Positions 9,628 to 20,747 of a stretch of DNA of 48,899 bases are shown here, in pieces. A program made the position numbers and the translations under genes. Every line of letters begins with the position of its first letter. Within the stretch, counting starts at the first letter, position 1. Source of the stretch: Stramenopiles sp. TOSAG23-6 (lineage: Eukaryota); assembly GCA_900128565.1 (NCBI GenBank), contig LT635925.1, positions 1 to 48,899 on the forward strand, read 5' to 3'. The notes under the pieces are model-generated. The model saw only the letters and a list, made by a program, of their open reading frames with translations, made no database searches and had not been told where the DNA came from.

Positions 9628-11544
9628 TTAAAAACCTTCAAAACAGTCTTGCTTACCTGTATAAAGTACAATTTCTTCATCTTCTTCAAATTCATCAAAA
9701 TTGCTTCGATCTAAATTATTCTGAACATTTGGAAGAAACGGTGGTTCATATTTTCCACCTTGTAATTTAGACCAATCTATACCTCCAAACCAACGATGAT
9801 GTAGAATATCTTCACAGCCACCAATATGCATTCCAAGACGTAATGTATGTGTATGTCGTAGTAATTTATCCATTAAATCTTTCGAATCGGGTGAACTGCC
9901 ATCCGGGAAAACTAAACAACGTTCGGAGTGCACAATCTGTAAAAATATTTTACTTTCATCATTGTTTGCAAAAGGTGTTCTACCGAATAAGAGTTCATAT
10001 AAAAAAATTCCAAGTGACCAATAATCAACAGCGCGATTATGACCTTTTGCGAGAACAATTTCTGGAGCTAAATATTCCGGACTTCCACATAACGTCATTG
10101 TTTTTTCATCATCTGTTACATACTTAGCAAATCCAAAATCACTCACTTTTATATATCCGCTTCTTGTGATTAATATATTTTCTGGTTTAAGATTTCTAAA
10201 AATGTAAAATGATTTATGGATGTGCTGAATTGCAAGAAGAACCAAACTAACATAATTTCTTGAAATATTCTCTTTGAGGCCACCAAAGCGAGTGAAAGGT
10301 AATACATCCGAATCATACAAGACTGTCCACAAGTCACCACCAGGTACAAATTCTAGAAACATATAAAGAAAATCTTTGTTTTGCCACGTACCAAATAAGT
10401 GCAAGATACAGGGATGATTCAATTTCTGTAAACAATGTTTTTCAGAAAATATATTTTGTATTTGATGTGTTTTTTCAATATAACTTTTTTGGAAAGATTT
10501 CAATAAGTAAATCTTCCCTGATGCATCGTGACTAATTAGTTTACTCCGAGAAAATGTACCAATACCAATAACTCCATGGGAAGTCACCTCCACATCTATA
10601 TCAGAAATTATTATGTTTGACTTTTGCAATGATTCACTGGTATCATCTATTTGATCATTTACAGAATTATTTTTTTCATTTGATATCTCTTGGTTCTTTC
10701 TATTAGAGTTAGGGCCGTTTTCTAGGAGATGGGTTAGGGGTCCAAGCAAATTATTGAAGTCTACTCTATCTAATACTAAACAAATTAACGGACTGCCAGC
10801 AGCACTACACGTAGCATCCCTTGGTTCATTCTTTAATAAGGCCCTTTCTCCAAAAAAATTACCCGAATAAAGTTTTGCTAATACAACCTTTTGTTTTTCT
10901 TTTGTTTGACTGACTTCGACACAACCTTCCTCAACTATGTAAAACTTAGTCCCTTCTTCGCCTTCAACTACAACATGCTCACCATCTGCGTAAGAAACAG
11001 ATTGTAAAGTTTCTGCGATACGAGTAATTTGAGACATCTGAAGACTTTTTAGTAAAGGAACTTTACGGAGAAATTTTATACGCCTTCGTAATTTCTTTTC
11101 TGATTCAGCGGCAAGCACCTTACGAAAACCAAGTCTTTCTATGGTCCATAATACTCCATATTCACAGCATAGTATAGATGCTGCACGTGGTGAGTTGTAC
11201 ATGAGACCTAATTCCCCAAACGCGGCAGGTCCTTCAATATTTCCTATTTTGTGACCAGCGACAATAACATCAACTTTTCCGTGTTCAATGACATAAAACA
11301 CGTCACCTATCTCTCCTTCTCTAATAATATATTCGCCAGGTGCCATTAGTCTTCGGTTCATTGAATCAATCACAGCACTGAGAGAAACTTTATCAAGAGC
11401 TTTAAAAAGAAAGTGTTTATGCAAAGCTTGCTCAATCTTTGTACGTACCTCTTGAGATTTAGGAACCAACGTAAATTTTTCATCTGCGTTTGTCGAAAAC
11501 GACTCGTTTGCTATAACACCACGTCTTATCGAACTTCTACTCAT
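9628..11544 (-). CDS. cGMP/cAMP-dependent kinase-like protein (two cNMP-binding domains plus AGC kinase); catalytic Asp replaced by Asn
   Basis: FGELGLMYNSPRAAS, FGERALLKNEPRDAT, DFGFAK, TLCGSPEYLAPE; catalytic loop reads FRNLKPEN. Confidence 0.9.
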   Translation of the reverse strand: MSRSSIRRGVIANESFSTNADEKFTLVPKSQEVRTKIEQALHKHFLFKALDKVSLSAVIDSMNRRLMAPGEYIIREGEIGDVFYVIEHGKVDVIVAGHKIGNIEGPAAFGELGLMYNSPRAASILCCEYGVLWTIERLGFRKVLAAESEKKLRRRIKFLRKVPLLKSLQMSQITRIAETLQSVSYADGEHVVVEGEEGTKFYIVEEGCVEVSQTKEKQKVVLAKLYSGNFFGERALLKNEPRDATCSAAGSPLICLVLDRVDFNNLLGPLTHLLENGPNSNRKNQEISNEKNNSVNDQIDDTSESLQKSNIIISDIDVEVTSHGVIGIGTFSRSKLISHDASGKIYLLKSFQKSYIEKTHQIQNIFSEKHCLQKLNHPCILHLFGTWQNKDFLYMFLEFVPGGDLWTVLYDSDVLPFTRFGGLKENISRNYVSLVLLAIQHIHKSFYIFRNLKPENILITRSGYIKVSDFGFAKYVTDDEKTMTLCGSPEYLAPEIVLAKGHNRAVDYWSLGIFLYELLFGRTPFANNDESKIFLQIVHSERCLVFPDGSSPDSKDLMDKLLRHTHTLRLGMHIGGCEDILHHRWFGGIDWSKLQGGKYEPPFLPNVQNNLDRSNFDEFEEDEEIVLYTGKQDCFEGF

Positions 11545-11904
11545 ATTTCCAATCCGTTATTCACGGGTATATTAATAATAATTGTAAATAATATATAATA
11601 CAAAGAGATTGTGCGTCAAATTCTTTTACACGGAGATCGAAAATTTAAATTTAATGCCTGTGTCACGTGTAACTGTTGGTTAAACTGTGCACTGCTATAT
11701 ATCATCTTTGCTAGCCCTAACCCTAGTACGTAATTAAATTTAATTGTCCTAATAATTTCGGTCCTAATATTTTCCTAATATTTCCGTTGCGGTCAAAAAG
11801 TCGTCAAAAAAATCGCTTCACGGTTTCTTGCCATCTTCTTCGCTGATGAAGTGTGTGAAAGAAGGTCCACACAATTATTTTACCTGTTGAATTTACCTTT
11901 CCCA

Positions 11905-14628
11905 ATGCAGCATTTTGTCAGTCGAGCATCTCGTTCGATTCGTGTTAGTACTGTCCACCAAAAACTTAATTGTATTCGTAGTTTTTCAGCTTTTAAGGAC
12001 GAATATGAAGTTCACGTCGCTGAACGTGCTTCAGAAGGGCTTGTGCCACTTCCAATTGATGCGACTCAAGCTGCCCAGTTAGTTGAACTTGCAAAAGCTC
12101 CTCCAGCTGGCGAAGAATCTATGATTGAGGATTTACTAGTGAATCGTGTTCCGCCAGGTGTGGATGATGCAGCATATGTTAAAGCTGCTTTTTTGTCAGA
12201 TGTGGCTAAAGGAGAGGTTACTTCACCCCTCTTTTCAAAAGAACGCGCTGCTGAATTACTTGGTACAATGCAGGGTGGCTATAACATTTCTAGTCTTGTT
12301 GAACTGCTGGATGACTCTGGTAAACTTGGCGAAATAGCCGCAACGCAATTGACAAAGACGCTTTTAATGTTTGATGCATTTTATGATGTTGAAGAGAAAG
12401 CTAAAGCTGGTAACAAAAATGCTCAAAGAGTAATGCAATCTTGGGCAGATGCTGAGTGGTTTACTTCCCGGCCTGAAGTTGCCGATAAAATTAGTTTAAC
12501 TGTGTTTAAAGTTACGGGAGAAACTAATACGGATGACTTAAGTCCAGCTCCTGATGCGTGGTCTAGACCTGATATTCCTTTGCATGCCAAAGCTATGCTG
12601 AAAATAAGTCGAGATGGTATAAAACCTGACGTCGATGGTGAAGTTGCTCCGTTGGCTCAATTGGAAGAACTTAAAGCAAAAGGTTTACCTTTGGCATATG
12701 TCGGTGATGTTGTTGGAACAGGTTCGTCCCGTAAATCGGCAACAAATTCTGTTCTTTGGTTTATGGGTGAAGATATTCCTTATGTTCCAAATAAGAGAGC
12801 TGGTAGTGTCTGTATTGGTGGTAAGATTGCACCAATATTTTTTAATACCATGGAAGACTCAGGAGCTTTACCATTAGAGATGGATGTATCAAATTTAAAT
12901 ATGGGTGATCAAATTGATATTTACCCATATGAAGGTAAGGTATGTAAACATGGAACAGATGAAATAATAACAACATTTGAAGTAAAAACCAAAGTCATCT
13001 TAGATGAAGTCAGAGCTGGAGGTAGAATTCCACTCATTATTGGTCGAGGTTTAACTACAAAAGCAAGAGATTCTCTATCATTGAAACCAACGGATGTTTT
13101 TAATACGCCTCATACCGCAGAAGACACGAATAAAGGGTATACTTTAGCACAAAAAATGGTAGGTATTGCTTGTGGTGTAAACGGTGTTCGTCCAGGGAGT
13201 TACTGTGAACCAATTATGACAACTGTTGGGTCACAGGATACGACTGGACCAATGACCCGTGATGAATTAAAAGATTTAGCATGTCTTGGATTTTCTGCAG
13301 ATCTTGTTATGCAATCATTTTGTCATACAGCGGCATATCCTAAACCCGTTGATGTCACAACACATCACACTCTGCCTGACTTTATTATGAATCGTGGTGG
13401 TGTTTCACTACGACCTGGTGATGGTATTATTCATTCTTGGTTGAATAGAATGTTATTACCTGATACAGTAGGTACTGGTGGCGATTCACACACACGTTTT
13501 CCTATTGGGATTTCTTTCCCTGCTGGTTCAGGGTTAGTTGCATTTGCGGCAGCTACAGGTGTAATGCCATTAGACATGCCAGAATCTGTCTTGGTTCGAT
13601 TTTCAGGAGAAATGCAAAAAGGAATTACTTTACGTGATCTTGTACATGCTATTCCATTGTATGCAATTAAAGAAGGTCACCTGACTGTTGAAAAGGCAGG
13701 TAAAAAAAATGTATTTTCCGGTCGTGTGCTTGAAATTGAAGGTCTTGAAGATTTAAAATGTGAACAAGCTTTTGAATTAAGTGATGCGTCAGCAGAAAGA
13801 TCAGCTGCTGGTTGTTCAATTAAATTGAATGAAGAACCGATCAAAGAATATCTATCATCTAACATTACCATGTTAAAATGGATGATTGATAGTGGTTATG
13901 GTGATAAACGTACGATTGAACGTCGTATATGTAATATGGAAGCTTGGTTGGAGAATCCTACATTACTTCGAGCGGATAAGGATGCTGAGTATCATACTAC
14001 GATTGATATTAATATGTCAGAAATTAAAGAACCTATACTTTGTTGTCCAAATGACCCTGATGATGCAAAAACATTAAGTGAGGTTCAAGGTGAAACCATT
14101 GATGAAGTTTTTATTGGCTCTTGTATGACCAATATAGGTCACTTTCGCGCTGCTGGGAAACTTTTGGAGAACTTTGATGGTCAATTACCAACGAGATTAT
14201 GGATCGCTCCACCAACAAAAATGGATGCTGAACAATTGAGTTCTGAAGGCTATTATGCAACATTTGGTAAAGTGGGAGCACGATCGGAGATGCCAGGCTG
14301 TTCATTATGTATGGGAAATCAAGCTCGCGTCGGTGATGAAACAACTTGTGTTTCCACATCAACGAGAAACTTTCCAAATCGGTTAGGCAAAGGAGCAAAT
14401 GTCTATTTAGCGTCTGCAGAATTAGCAGCAACAGCGGCTATTTTAGGGAAGTTACCAACCAATGAAGAGTATCAATCATACGCATCAAGTATTAATACAC
14501 AATCCGCTGATGTATACCGATACCTTAATTTTGATCAATTGCCTGCCTTTGTAGATTCTGCTGCTAATATAGAACTGTCTACTGAGATGATGGCGGCTGC
14601 GAAAAAATTAAGAGGAAAAATGTTGTAA
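11905..14628 (+). CDS. acnB: Aconitate hydratase 2 (bacterial-type AcnB) with probable mitochondrial presequence
   Basis: GETNTDDLSPA, GTGSSRKSATNS, SQDTTGPMTRDE, DSHTRFP, IGSCMTNIGHFRAA, GCSLCMGNQAR; Arg/Ser-rich N-terminal extension from ATG 11905. Confidence 0.96.
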   Translation: MQHFVSRASRSIRVSTVHQKLNCIRSFSAFKDEYEVHVAERASEGLVPLPIDATQAAQLVELAKAPPAGEESMIEDLLVNRVPPGVDDAAYVKAAFLSDVAKGEVTSPLFSKERAAELLGTMQGGYNISSLVELLDDSGKLGEIAATQLTKTLLMFDAFYDVEEKAKAGNKNAQRVMQSWADAEWFTSRPEVADKISLTVFKVTGETNTDDLSPAPDAWSRPDIPLHAKAMLKISRDGIKPDVDGEVAPLAQLEELKAKGLPLAYVGDVVGTGSSRKSATNSVLWFMGEDIPYVPNKRAGSVCIGGKIAPIFFNTMEDSGALPLEMDVSNLNMGDQIDIYPYEGKVCKHGTDEIITTFEVKTKVILDEVRAGGRIPLIIGRGLTTKARDSLSLKPTDVFNTPHTAEDTNKGYTLAQKMVGIACGVNGVRPGSYCEPIMTTVGSQDTTGPMTRDELKDLACLGFSADLVMQSFCHTAAYPKPVDVTTHHTLPDFIMNRGGVSLRPGDGIIHSWLNRMLLPDTVGTGGDSHTRFPIGISFPAGSGLVAFAAATGVMPLDMPESVLVRFSGEMQKGITLRDLVHAIPLYAIKEGHLTVEKAGKKNVFSGRVLEIEGLEDLKCEQAFELSDASAERSAAGCSIKLNEEPIKEYLSSNITMLKWMIDSGYGDKRTIERRICNMEAWLENPTLLRADKDAEYHTTIDINMSEIKEPILCCPNDPDDAKTLSEVQGETIDEVFIGSCMTNIGHFRAAGKLLENFDGQLPTRLWIAPPTKMDAEQLSSEGYYATFGKVGARSEMPGCSLCMGNQARVGDETTCVSTSTRNFPNRLGKGANVYLASAELAATAAILGKLPTNEEYQSYASSINTQSADVYRYLNFDQLPAFVDSAANIELSTEMMAAAKKLRGKML

Positions 14629-14890
14629 TTTTTGAGTAGATGGTATATGCGTATACCATTTTTTTATACGTGTTGATACACATAGTGTGTATCGCGTAGA
14701 TAATGATAAAAAACAAGAATAATTTTGTTGAGTGAGATTTCTTTGCGACATAATTCTAAAGAAAGCTGTGCAATGTGGATTATGTATAGCTTTGTATCAC
14801 TATATATGTATCGTGCGGTTCTATAGTTGTAATAAAATGGTAAACAATACACCAATTAAAAGTTCTTGTGATAAAAATCAAGTAAATCGT

Positions 14891-15292
14891 TTATTCTTGT
14901 GCATTTTCAGCTGCAGCTTTCTCCTGCTGTTTCTTTTGAAGAGCTAAAATTTCTTGTCCCATGGACTGCCTTTTTACGTGGATCGCTTTAATATCCTTAT
15001 CAAGTGCATCCATTTGTCCGACTATCAAGTTGATGCGACTTTGTACCATTGACTTTGCTTCATCCACGTCTTGTTTGATCAGTACTGGACCAACTTGTTT
15101 GAATACTTTATTTGAATCAGTTAAACCATTTAATTCGGTTTCAACAATTTTGTTTTCATTAAATTTAGTAATAAAACCTTGTTTTTTGGCAACAATATCC
15201 TGAAGTTCGCCTTCCAATTTTTGGTATTCTTCAAACCTTGCCTTCAACTCATTGCTTTGACGTGGGGCTATTTCAAAGGAACGCTGTGACAT
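14891..15292 (-). CDS. PFDN6: Prefoldin subunit 6 (beta type)
   Basis: ENKIVETEL...VFKQVGPVLIKQDVDEAKSMVQSRI pattern; 133 aa. Confidence 0.85.
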   Translation of the reverse strand: MSQRSFEIAPRQSNELKARFEEYQKLEGELQDIVAKKQGFITKFNENKIVETELNGLTDSNKVFKQVGPVLIKQDVDEAKSMVQSRINLIVGQMDALDKDIKAIHVKRQSMGQEILALQKKQQEKAAAENAQE

Positions 15293-15642
15293 ATTATTGT
15301 TATTTGACTTATTGTGATTTCTAGAGGGTACTATATATTTGGTGAATTTCGCACTTTCCCAAAATTATGTATACAATCAAACTAGAATATACTCTTAATA
15401 ATACTGCGTATTCTATGAGCTTTATATTTGCGCATGAGAGAGGACAGAGAGGCCAAGCGAATTGTCAATTGACCGAGTCACGGCCGACTTACAAAATTGA
15501 CAAAATTAAGGGTTAGGGTTAAATTTTTTATTATTTCGTGATTTTTTTCTTCCGCGATATCGAGATCTCAGAATCAGATCGTATCCATATATCGTCGTGC
15601 GCACAAACTCCACCAGAACAGTATTGCGATTTTCTAGTTACA

Positions 15643-17281
15643 ATGTCAGCATTATCACCTAGTAAATGCAAGGCATGCTCAGGTAAACATGTTGCTCATG
15701 TTTGTAGCCGTTCAACAAAGTATCGGCAAGATAATGGTGAATATGCCGGGAAAAGGCTTGCAAATAAGCGTCGAATGAATTCTGTAGGTCATGACGTAGA
15801 TAATATTGATCAGAAAGGGATAAAACGTCCACGAAAAGCATGTATGTATCCACGTGATAATGGAAGAGGTTCGCGGAGGACTTTTTTAAAATTAGCAAAT
15901 AGTTCAAAAAAAACGCCGAAGGACACTGTAGCTGATCTTCGCTCTGAATTATTGTCGAGAACTGTTGTTTACAACCCAGAAACAAAAATGCATTGCCGTG
16001 AGTGGGATACAACCGATGTTGTAAAGGGTGTAATTTCGGCCCTTCAAAAAAATGGTACACTGACTAGTTCACAAGTTGCATCAATAATTGGTGCCCCTGA
16101 AGGACACGTATGTTTTCATCTTGAATTTCAATTTTTTTTCTACCAAATTTCGTACCTAACGAATTTCAAGTGCAATATATTTTCCTAAAATACATGTTCA
16201 AGTTGTTTTAGATATTTTAGTGACAACTCCTTTAGCAAGTGAAGTTTTGGTTGGTACACGTGAACAAGTAAAAAAGTATACTGAAAATTTATCAAGAAGA
16301 GAAATACGGCGTCGTTTTAAAATGTTAGTAAAAGGTAATCCTGGTAGTTTGGCAGCCTTGGATGATAGAAAGAGCAAAAAAAATGAATCTAAAGGAAAAG
16401 TAATTGAATCCAAAGGAAAAGTAATTGAATCTAAAGTAGAACAAGTTGAATCTAAAGTAGAACAAGTTGAATCTAAAGTAGAACAAGTTGAATCTAAAGA
16501 AAAAGAAATTCAAAACCTGGTAATCATTGAAAGTATAGATAAGAAGTCTTCGTCAGTTACAAGTAATACTTGCAATACAAGTGATACGAATGAAAAGACC
16601 ACTACTCTTACTTCTAAGCCTAATGAAAGTGATGTGAATGAAAAAGCTGTTCAAGAATGCTCTCATCCGAATAGTCAAAAATTAGAAAACGAAAATGTTG
16701 TAGTAAAGACAAATATTTCTCCAACCAAAGTTACAGATTTGGAGAAGAAGGAGGATGATATAGGGCATACTTCATCTGTACCTCCTTCATCAATACATAA
16801 TAAGCAACATAATACTATTACGGCTTCTACTGCTTCACCATCCAAAACAACTACGCCTTTAGTAGCACCACCAGCAACAACACAGACAACATCCCAGACA
16901 ACATCTCAAACAGCTTCATTACAAGAAATACCAGCAACAACAACAACAACAACAACCATGAAAATACTAACAAAAAATTTCACTCAGGATATAAAACCAA
17001 CTGTTACACAAGATGGCCTGACTGTGACGTATATTTATAGAGACGGAAATCCGCTTCCATCAAGCATTCCATTAGGTAATATTGCCGATGCTATTAGATT
17101 AGAACGATTGCTCGTTCTTCGTAGCTCATCAAGAATCAAAATGTATAAAGCTGAAATGAAGAAACCTGTGAAAGAACGAAAGGTTCAAGATTTGTTGAAG
17201 AGGTATATTAAAAGTCATAAAGAACTGAATAGAAATGATTTCTATTCAGCAATTGCAGAAACCTTATTATCAGAGGAGTGA
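15643..17281 (+). CDS. Hypothetical protein with CxxC-x3-HxxHxC knuckle and HTH-like segment; exons 15643-16107 and 16196-17281
   Basis: Two ORFs join in frame when 16108-16195 is removed, giving LTSSQVASIIGAPEGHVQVVLDILV. Confidence 0.7.
16108..16195 (+). other. Non-canonical intron-like element I1 (GT...AT, 88 nt, phase 0)
   Basis: GTATGT start, TACCTAAC at 16153-16160, ends AAAATACAT|GT; removal restores the frame. Confidence 0.75.
16385..16500 (+). repeat. 21-nt coding tandem repeat (ESKGKVI / ESKVEQV, about 5.5 copies)
   Basis: Visible in DNA and protein. Confidence 0.9.
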
Positions 17282-17339
17282 GTAAAACATATAAAGTGTG
17301 TAATATAGTATAGTATAGATTCAAATTTATTTTAAATCA

Positions 17340-19556
17340 TCATAAATCAACTATTTTGTAGCATGCTTCATCCTCTTCAGACTCTTCAGAAGAAGTAGCA
17401 AGGAAATTATTCAGATTTTCTATAGATTCGGGTGTAGCAATTTGTATATCTCTCGCAGTCTCTGTTATACTATCTTTGTCTTTTTCTGTCATATCTTTGT
17501 TACTTTTATCAGTCTCGATTTCATTTTTGTTGTCTGTTTGTGGCATAACGTCTGTATTCTTTGCAGAGAACGTAGTATTGTCACTATCCGTCGCAGTAGC
17601 TACTAATGTCTTGGTGGTAGTATTTTTTGTACTATCTTTTCCAAATAAAACAGACGGGCTTGTCAAAGTATCTACAACATATGATGATTTAGATTTTCGA
17701 GAAGAAGATGAAATATTTTTCTCACTTGATACGCTACCTCTGGTTGTACCTTTTTTAGGTGTCATCCTTGCGAGAGGCCCACGGGATTTTAACTTTCTTT
17801 CTAATGCTTGAATATGAGAATTTTTTTCGCGTAATTCTTTATTCAAAATTTGAACATTTTCTTGTAAAAATCGAATTTCCTCACGTACTTTAGCATTTTG
17901 TTGTAAAAGTTGTTGCAATCGTTTAGCTAAAGCTTTCTTTACACCATCTTTATCATTTTGAGAATGTACACCACCATTGTTATTACTTAATGGAGAATCA
18001 AAATCGCTAAAAAGTGTTCTTGCTTTTGCAGCTGCTGCAATTGCACGTGCTTTAATACTACTGGAGGTTTTTGCAGATTTTGCACTTGTTATTGATTGCG
18101 TCAAGTTTGAATTTTTTAACTGGTTATCTGGAGACTGGAATGATGGAGTTTTTTCTGTAGAATTTGAAGATTCAAAAGTGATAGGCGAAGATGAATTTTT
18201 TGATACGGGTACTGCCATAGTTTCCCTATGCACATTCGCTGTCGACGTTGATTGGACCACATGCTTATATGTAGACTCTAATTGTCCATATTTAGTATGT
18301 AATTTCTGTAATTCTTTTTTGAGTGTTTTAATCAATGCTACTTCTCTTTTGCCTTTAACAACAGCATCATCTTTAACATCTTGAATATCAATTTTTAATT
18401 TCGCCATTTGCTCCGTTGATTCATTTAATTGAACTTCAAGCTCTTCTGCTTTTAAGCTTGCATTTATTCTACGTTTTTCTATCATTTCACATTTATTTTT
18501 TAAGTTTTGAATTTCTTCAGTCAAGATTTTGTTTTTTTCACTCAGATGATTTTTATCTGTTTCTGAAATTTCTAAAGATTCCTTCAACTGTGTAAACATT
18601 TGTCTTTCCTTATTTAATGTTTCCTGTATACTACAAATTTCGTCATTTTTTAATTGTATCGAATTTTCTGCTTTAATTAACGCAATCTTTGCCAGACTAG
18701 TTTTTTTTTGTGTTTCTTTTTCTGTGGCTTCCAATGCTTTCAAATCAATACGCAATTTACTATTCTCGCCCATGGCCTCCATTAGTGCGTCATCAAGCTG
18801 ACTACGTTGATCAGATTCGTTCAGTAACTGTGTTCGTAAGTGGCTGAGTTCCTTCTCCATTTTAGTATTTACAGCAACATTATCCTGAAGTTTCTTAATT
18901 GAGGATTTTGAGGATTGGGATTTGGTAGCCTGTAATTGCGTCTTTAACTTATCAATTGTTTCAGTAGATGTTGATACTTGAAGTTTTAACTCTTCTACTT
19001 CACTCATGGTTTTCTGTAGGGTAGCATCAGATTGAGAACGACTTATTTGTAAAACGTCAATCTCATCGAGTAAGTCTTCATTATGAATCTCTAAAGTTTT
19101 TAATTTTGTTTTTAACTCTGTCTCGTTAAAATCTTCAATCTGTTTTAATAAAGCATTTTTTTCCTTGGTCGCGGCAACTTTAGTTACACACAGCTCACCT
19201 TGTAATTTTTTAATGTCAGCGCGCAGTGTTTCCAATTCTGCCTTTGTCTTTAAAGTCTCATCACTTACGCTACCATTATTCACTGCTTCTAACGCCTTTT
19301 TCTTGGCATCTGCAATCTGTTCACGCATTATACTTTTGATCTGCTGAACTTGCAATTTAAGTTGCTCGTTTTCATCGGCAAGATTTCGCATCTGACGCTT
19401 CCTGGCGTCGTTTTCCTGCTTAGAGATTGTCGTCTTTTTGTTTGCGGAATTGCCACGTTTCAACCATCCCTGTAACCCTGCTTTGATGTCGGAAACACGC
19501 TGTTGAGCACTTCCAGCTGTAGCAGGCGAATTCGTCTTTGAGGGGTTTGACGACAT
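17340..19556 (-). CDS. Long coiled-coil protein, CCDC186/GRIPAP1-like C-terminal segment
   Basis: Extended heptads; ALAKRLQQLLQQNAKVREEIRFLQENVQILNKELREKNSHIQ resembles that family from memory; ATG at 19556. Confidence 0.6.
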   Translation of the reverse strand: MSSNPSKTNSPATAGSAQQRVSDIKAGLQGWLKRGNSANKKTTISKQENDARKRQMRNLADENEQLKLQVQQIKSIMREQIADAKKKALEAVNNGSVSDETLKTKAELETLRADIKKLQGELCVTKVAATKEKNALLKQIEDFNETELKTKLKTLEIHNEDLLDEIDVLQISRSQSDATLQKTMSEVEELKLQVSTSTETIDKLKTQLQATKSQSSKSSIKKLQDNVAVNTKMEKELSHLRTQLLNESDQRSQLDDALMEAMGENSKLRIDLKALEATEKETQKKTSLAKIALIKAENSIQLKNDEICSIQETLNKERQMFTQLKESLEISETDKNHLSEKNKILTEEIQNLKNKCEMIEKRRINASLKAEELEVQLNESTEQMAKLKIDIQDVKDDAVVKGKREVALIKTLKKELQKLHTKYGQLESTYKHVVQSTSTANVHRETMAVPVSKNSSSPITFESSNSTEKTPSFQSPDNQLKNSNLTQSITSAKSAKTSSSIKARAIAAAAKARTLFSDFDSPLSNNNGGVHSQNDKDGVKKALAKRLQQLLQQNAKVREEIRFLQENVQILNKELREKNSHIQALERKLKSRGPLARMTPKKGTTRGSVSSEKNISSSSRKSKSSYVVDTLTSPSVLFGKDSTKNTTTKTLVATATDSDNTTFSAKNTDVMPQTDNKNEIETDKSNKDMTEKDKDSITETARDIQIATPESIENLNNFLATSSEESEEDEACYKIVDL

Positions 19557-19999
19557 TGAAACAATTGAAAATAAGCGCCAATCAAAAAAAGGTAAAATGT
19601 CGCGCAATAATATCAATAAAAATATTATATTGAATCCAATAATATGTGTGAATGTGAGAAAGAAAAACATCAAAACAATATCAATAATATTTTGATGATG
19701 ATTTGCAATTTTTTGACACTTTGCTGAACCTTTTCAAAACTTATATTTCGTGTTGTTCAGTGCTGCGTCACCATCTTGGGGGAATCGTCTGCCGATTATA
19801 AGGACTTAGAAGCTATAATGTCATGTGTAATGCTGCAGAATACATACATTAATCACAACGGTCGATAGCATGTGATACAACATACTAGATTTTTTCATCT
19901 GTTTGGAAAAAAATTCTAAAATATAACATAATTTATAAAATGATGAAAAATATCAAAACCAACAGAAAATAAATGTGGTCAGCACTACAACCGTATTTT

Positions 20000-20449
20000 C
20001 TATCGACGCAAAGTTTTACGAATCAGACAATATACATTAGAATCTAATTCAATATTAATAAGATGCCTCTGTTCGCCTTTAATACACATCAGCAAGCCAC
20101 CGAATGAAACATATGCAGCAACACGGTGTTCTTTCTCGTGCTCGTATTTGAAAACTTTACCGTACATTCCGTACTCATATTTATCCAAAAGCGTAGGTTT
20201 ACCAGATTGATCAAACTCACCCGAATCTGGCTTTCCGTCTAAAGATAATGTTCTCGCAAGCGCAAAACTAATCTTTTCACCTTCATAGATTGGATATGCG
20301 TCAGTATTAATGTCAATGACAAGGTCGGTTTCATAAGCAACACCTTTACACTGAATTCGGTCAACTTTGTCGAACTTTTTACCATCTGGATTCTTTACAC
20401 GAACATCAAAAAGATCCTCAAAGAGAATAGAACTAGATCTATCACTCAT
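20000..20449 (-). CDS. RPB8: RNA polymerases I/II/III subunit RPABC3
   Basis: LFEDLFDV...DGKKFDKVDRI, YEYGMYGKVFK, YVSFGGLLM. Confidence 0.96.
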   Translation of the reverse strand: MSDRSSSILFEDLFDVRVKNPDGKKFDKVDRIQCKGVAYETDLVIDINTDAYPIYEGEKISFALARTLSLDGKPDSGEFDQSGKPTLLDKYEYGMYGKVFKYEHEKEHRVAAYVSFGGLLMCIKGEQRHLINIELDSNVYCLIRKTLRR

Positions 20450-20747
20450 TATACAATTACTACTATCCAGTCGTTAGATATCTAATTGCTATCGCGAGAG
20501 AATTTCACAAGAAGTGCTTGAATATAGTTATGCGAGTCGTTGATTTGAGTAGAGAGAAGCCAGTTCACTATAAAAAAAACGGATGACGGAACAGGTTTGT
20601 TCTTTCGCGATTTGCTACCACGCTCTTCAGAGTCCTTCTTAAACCTGTGCAATTTGCAAAAGAAAAATATTATTCTGAAAATACGCGAAATATTTATACG
20701 ACAACCCAACTCAAACAAAGCTCCATACGAATCGAGTATCAATATCA

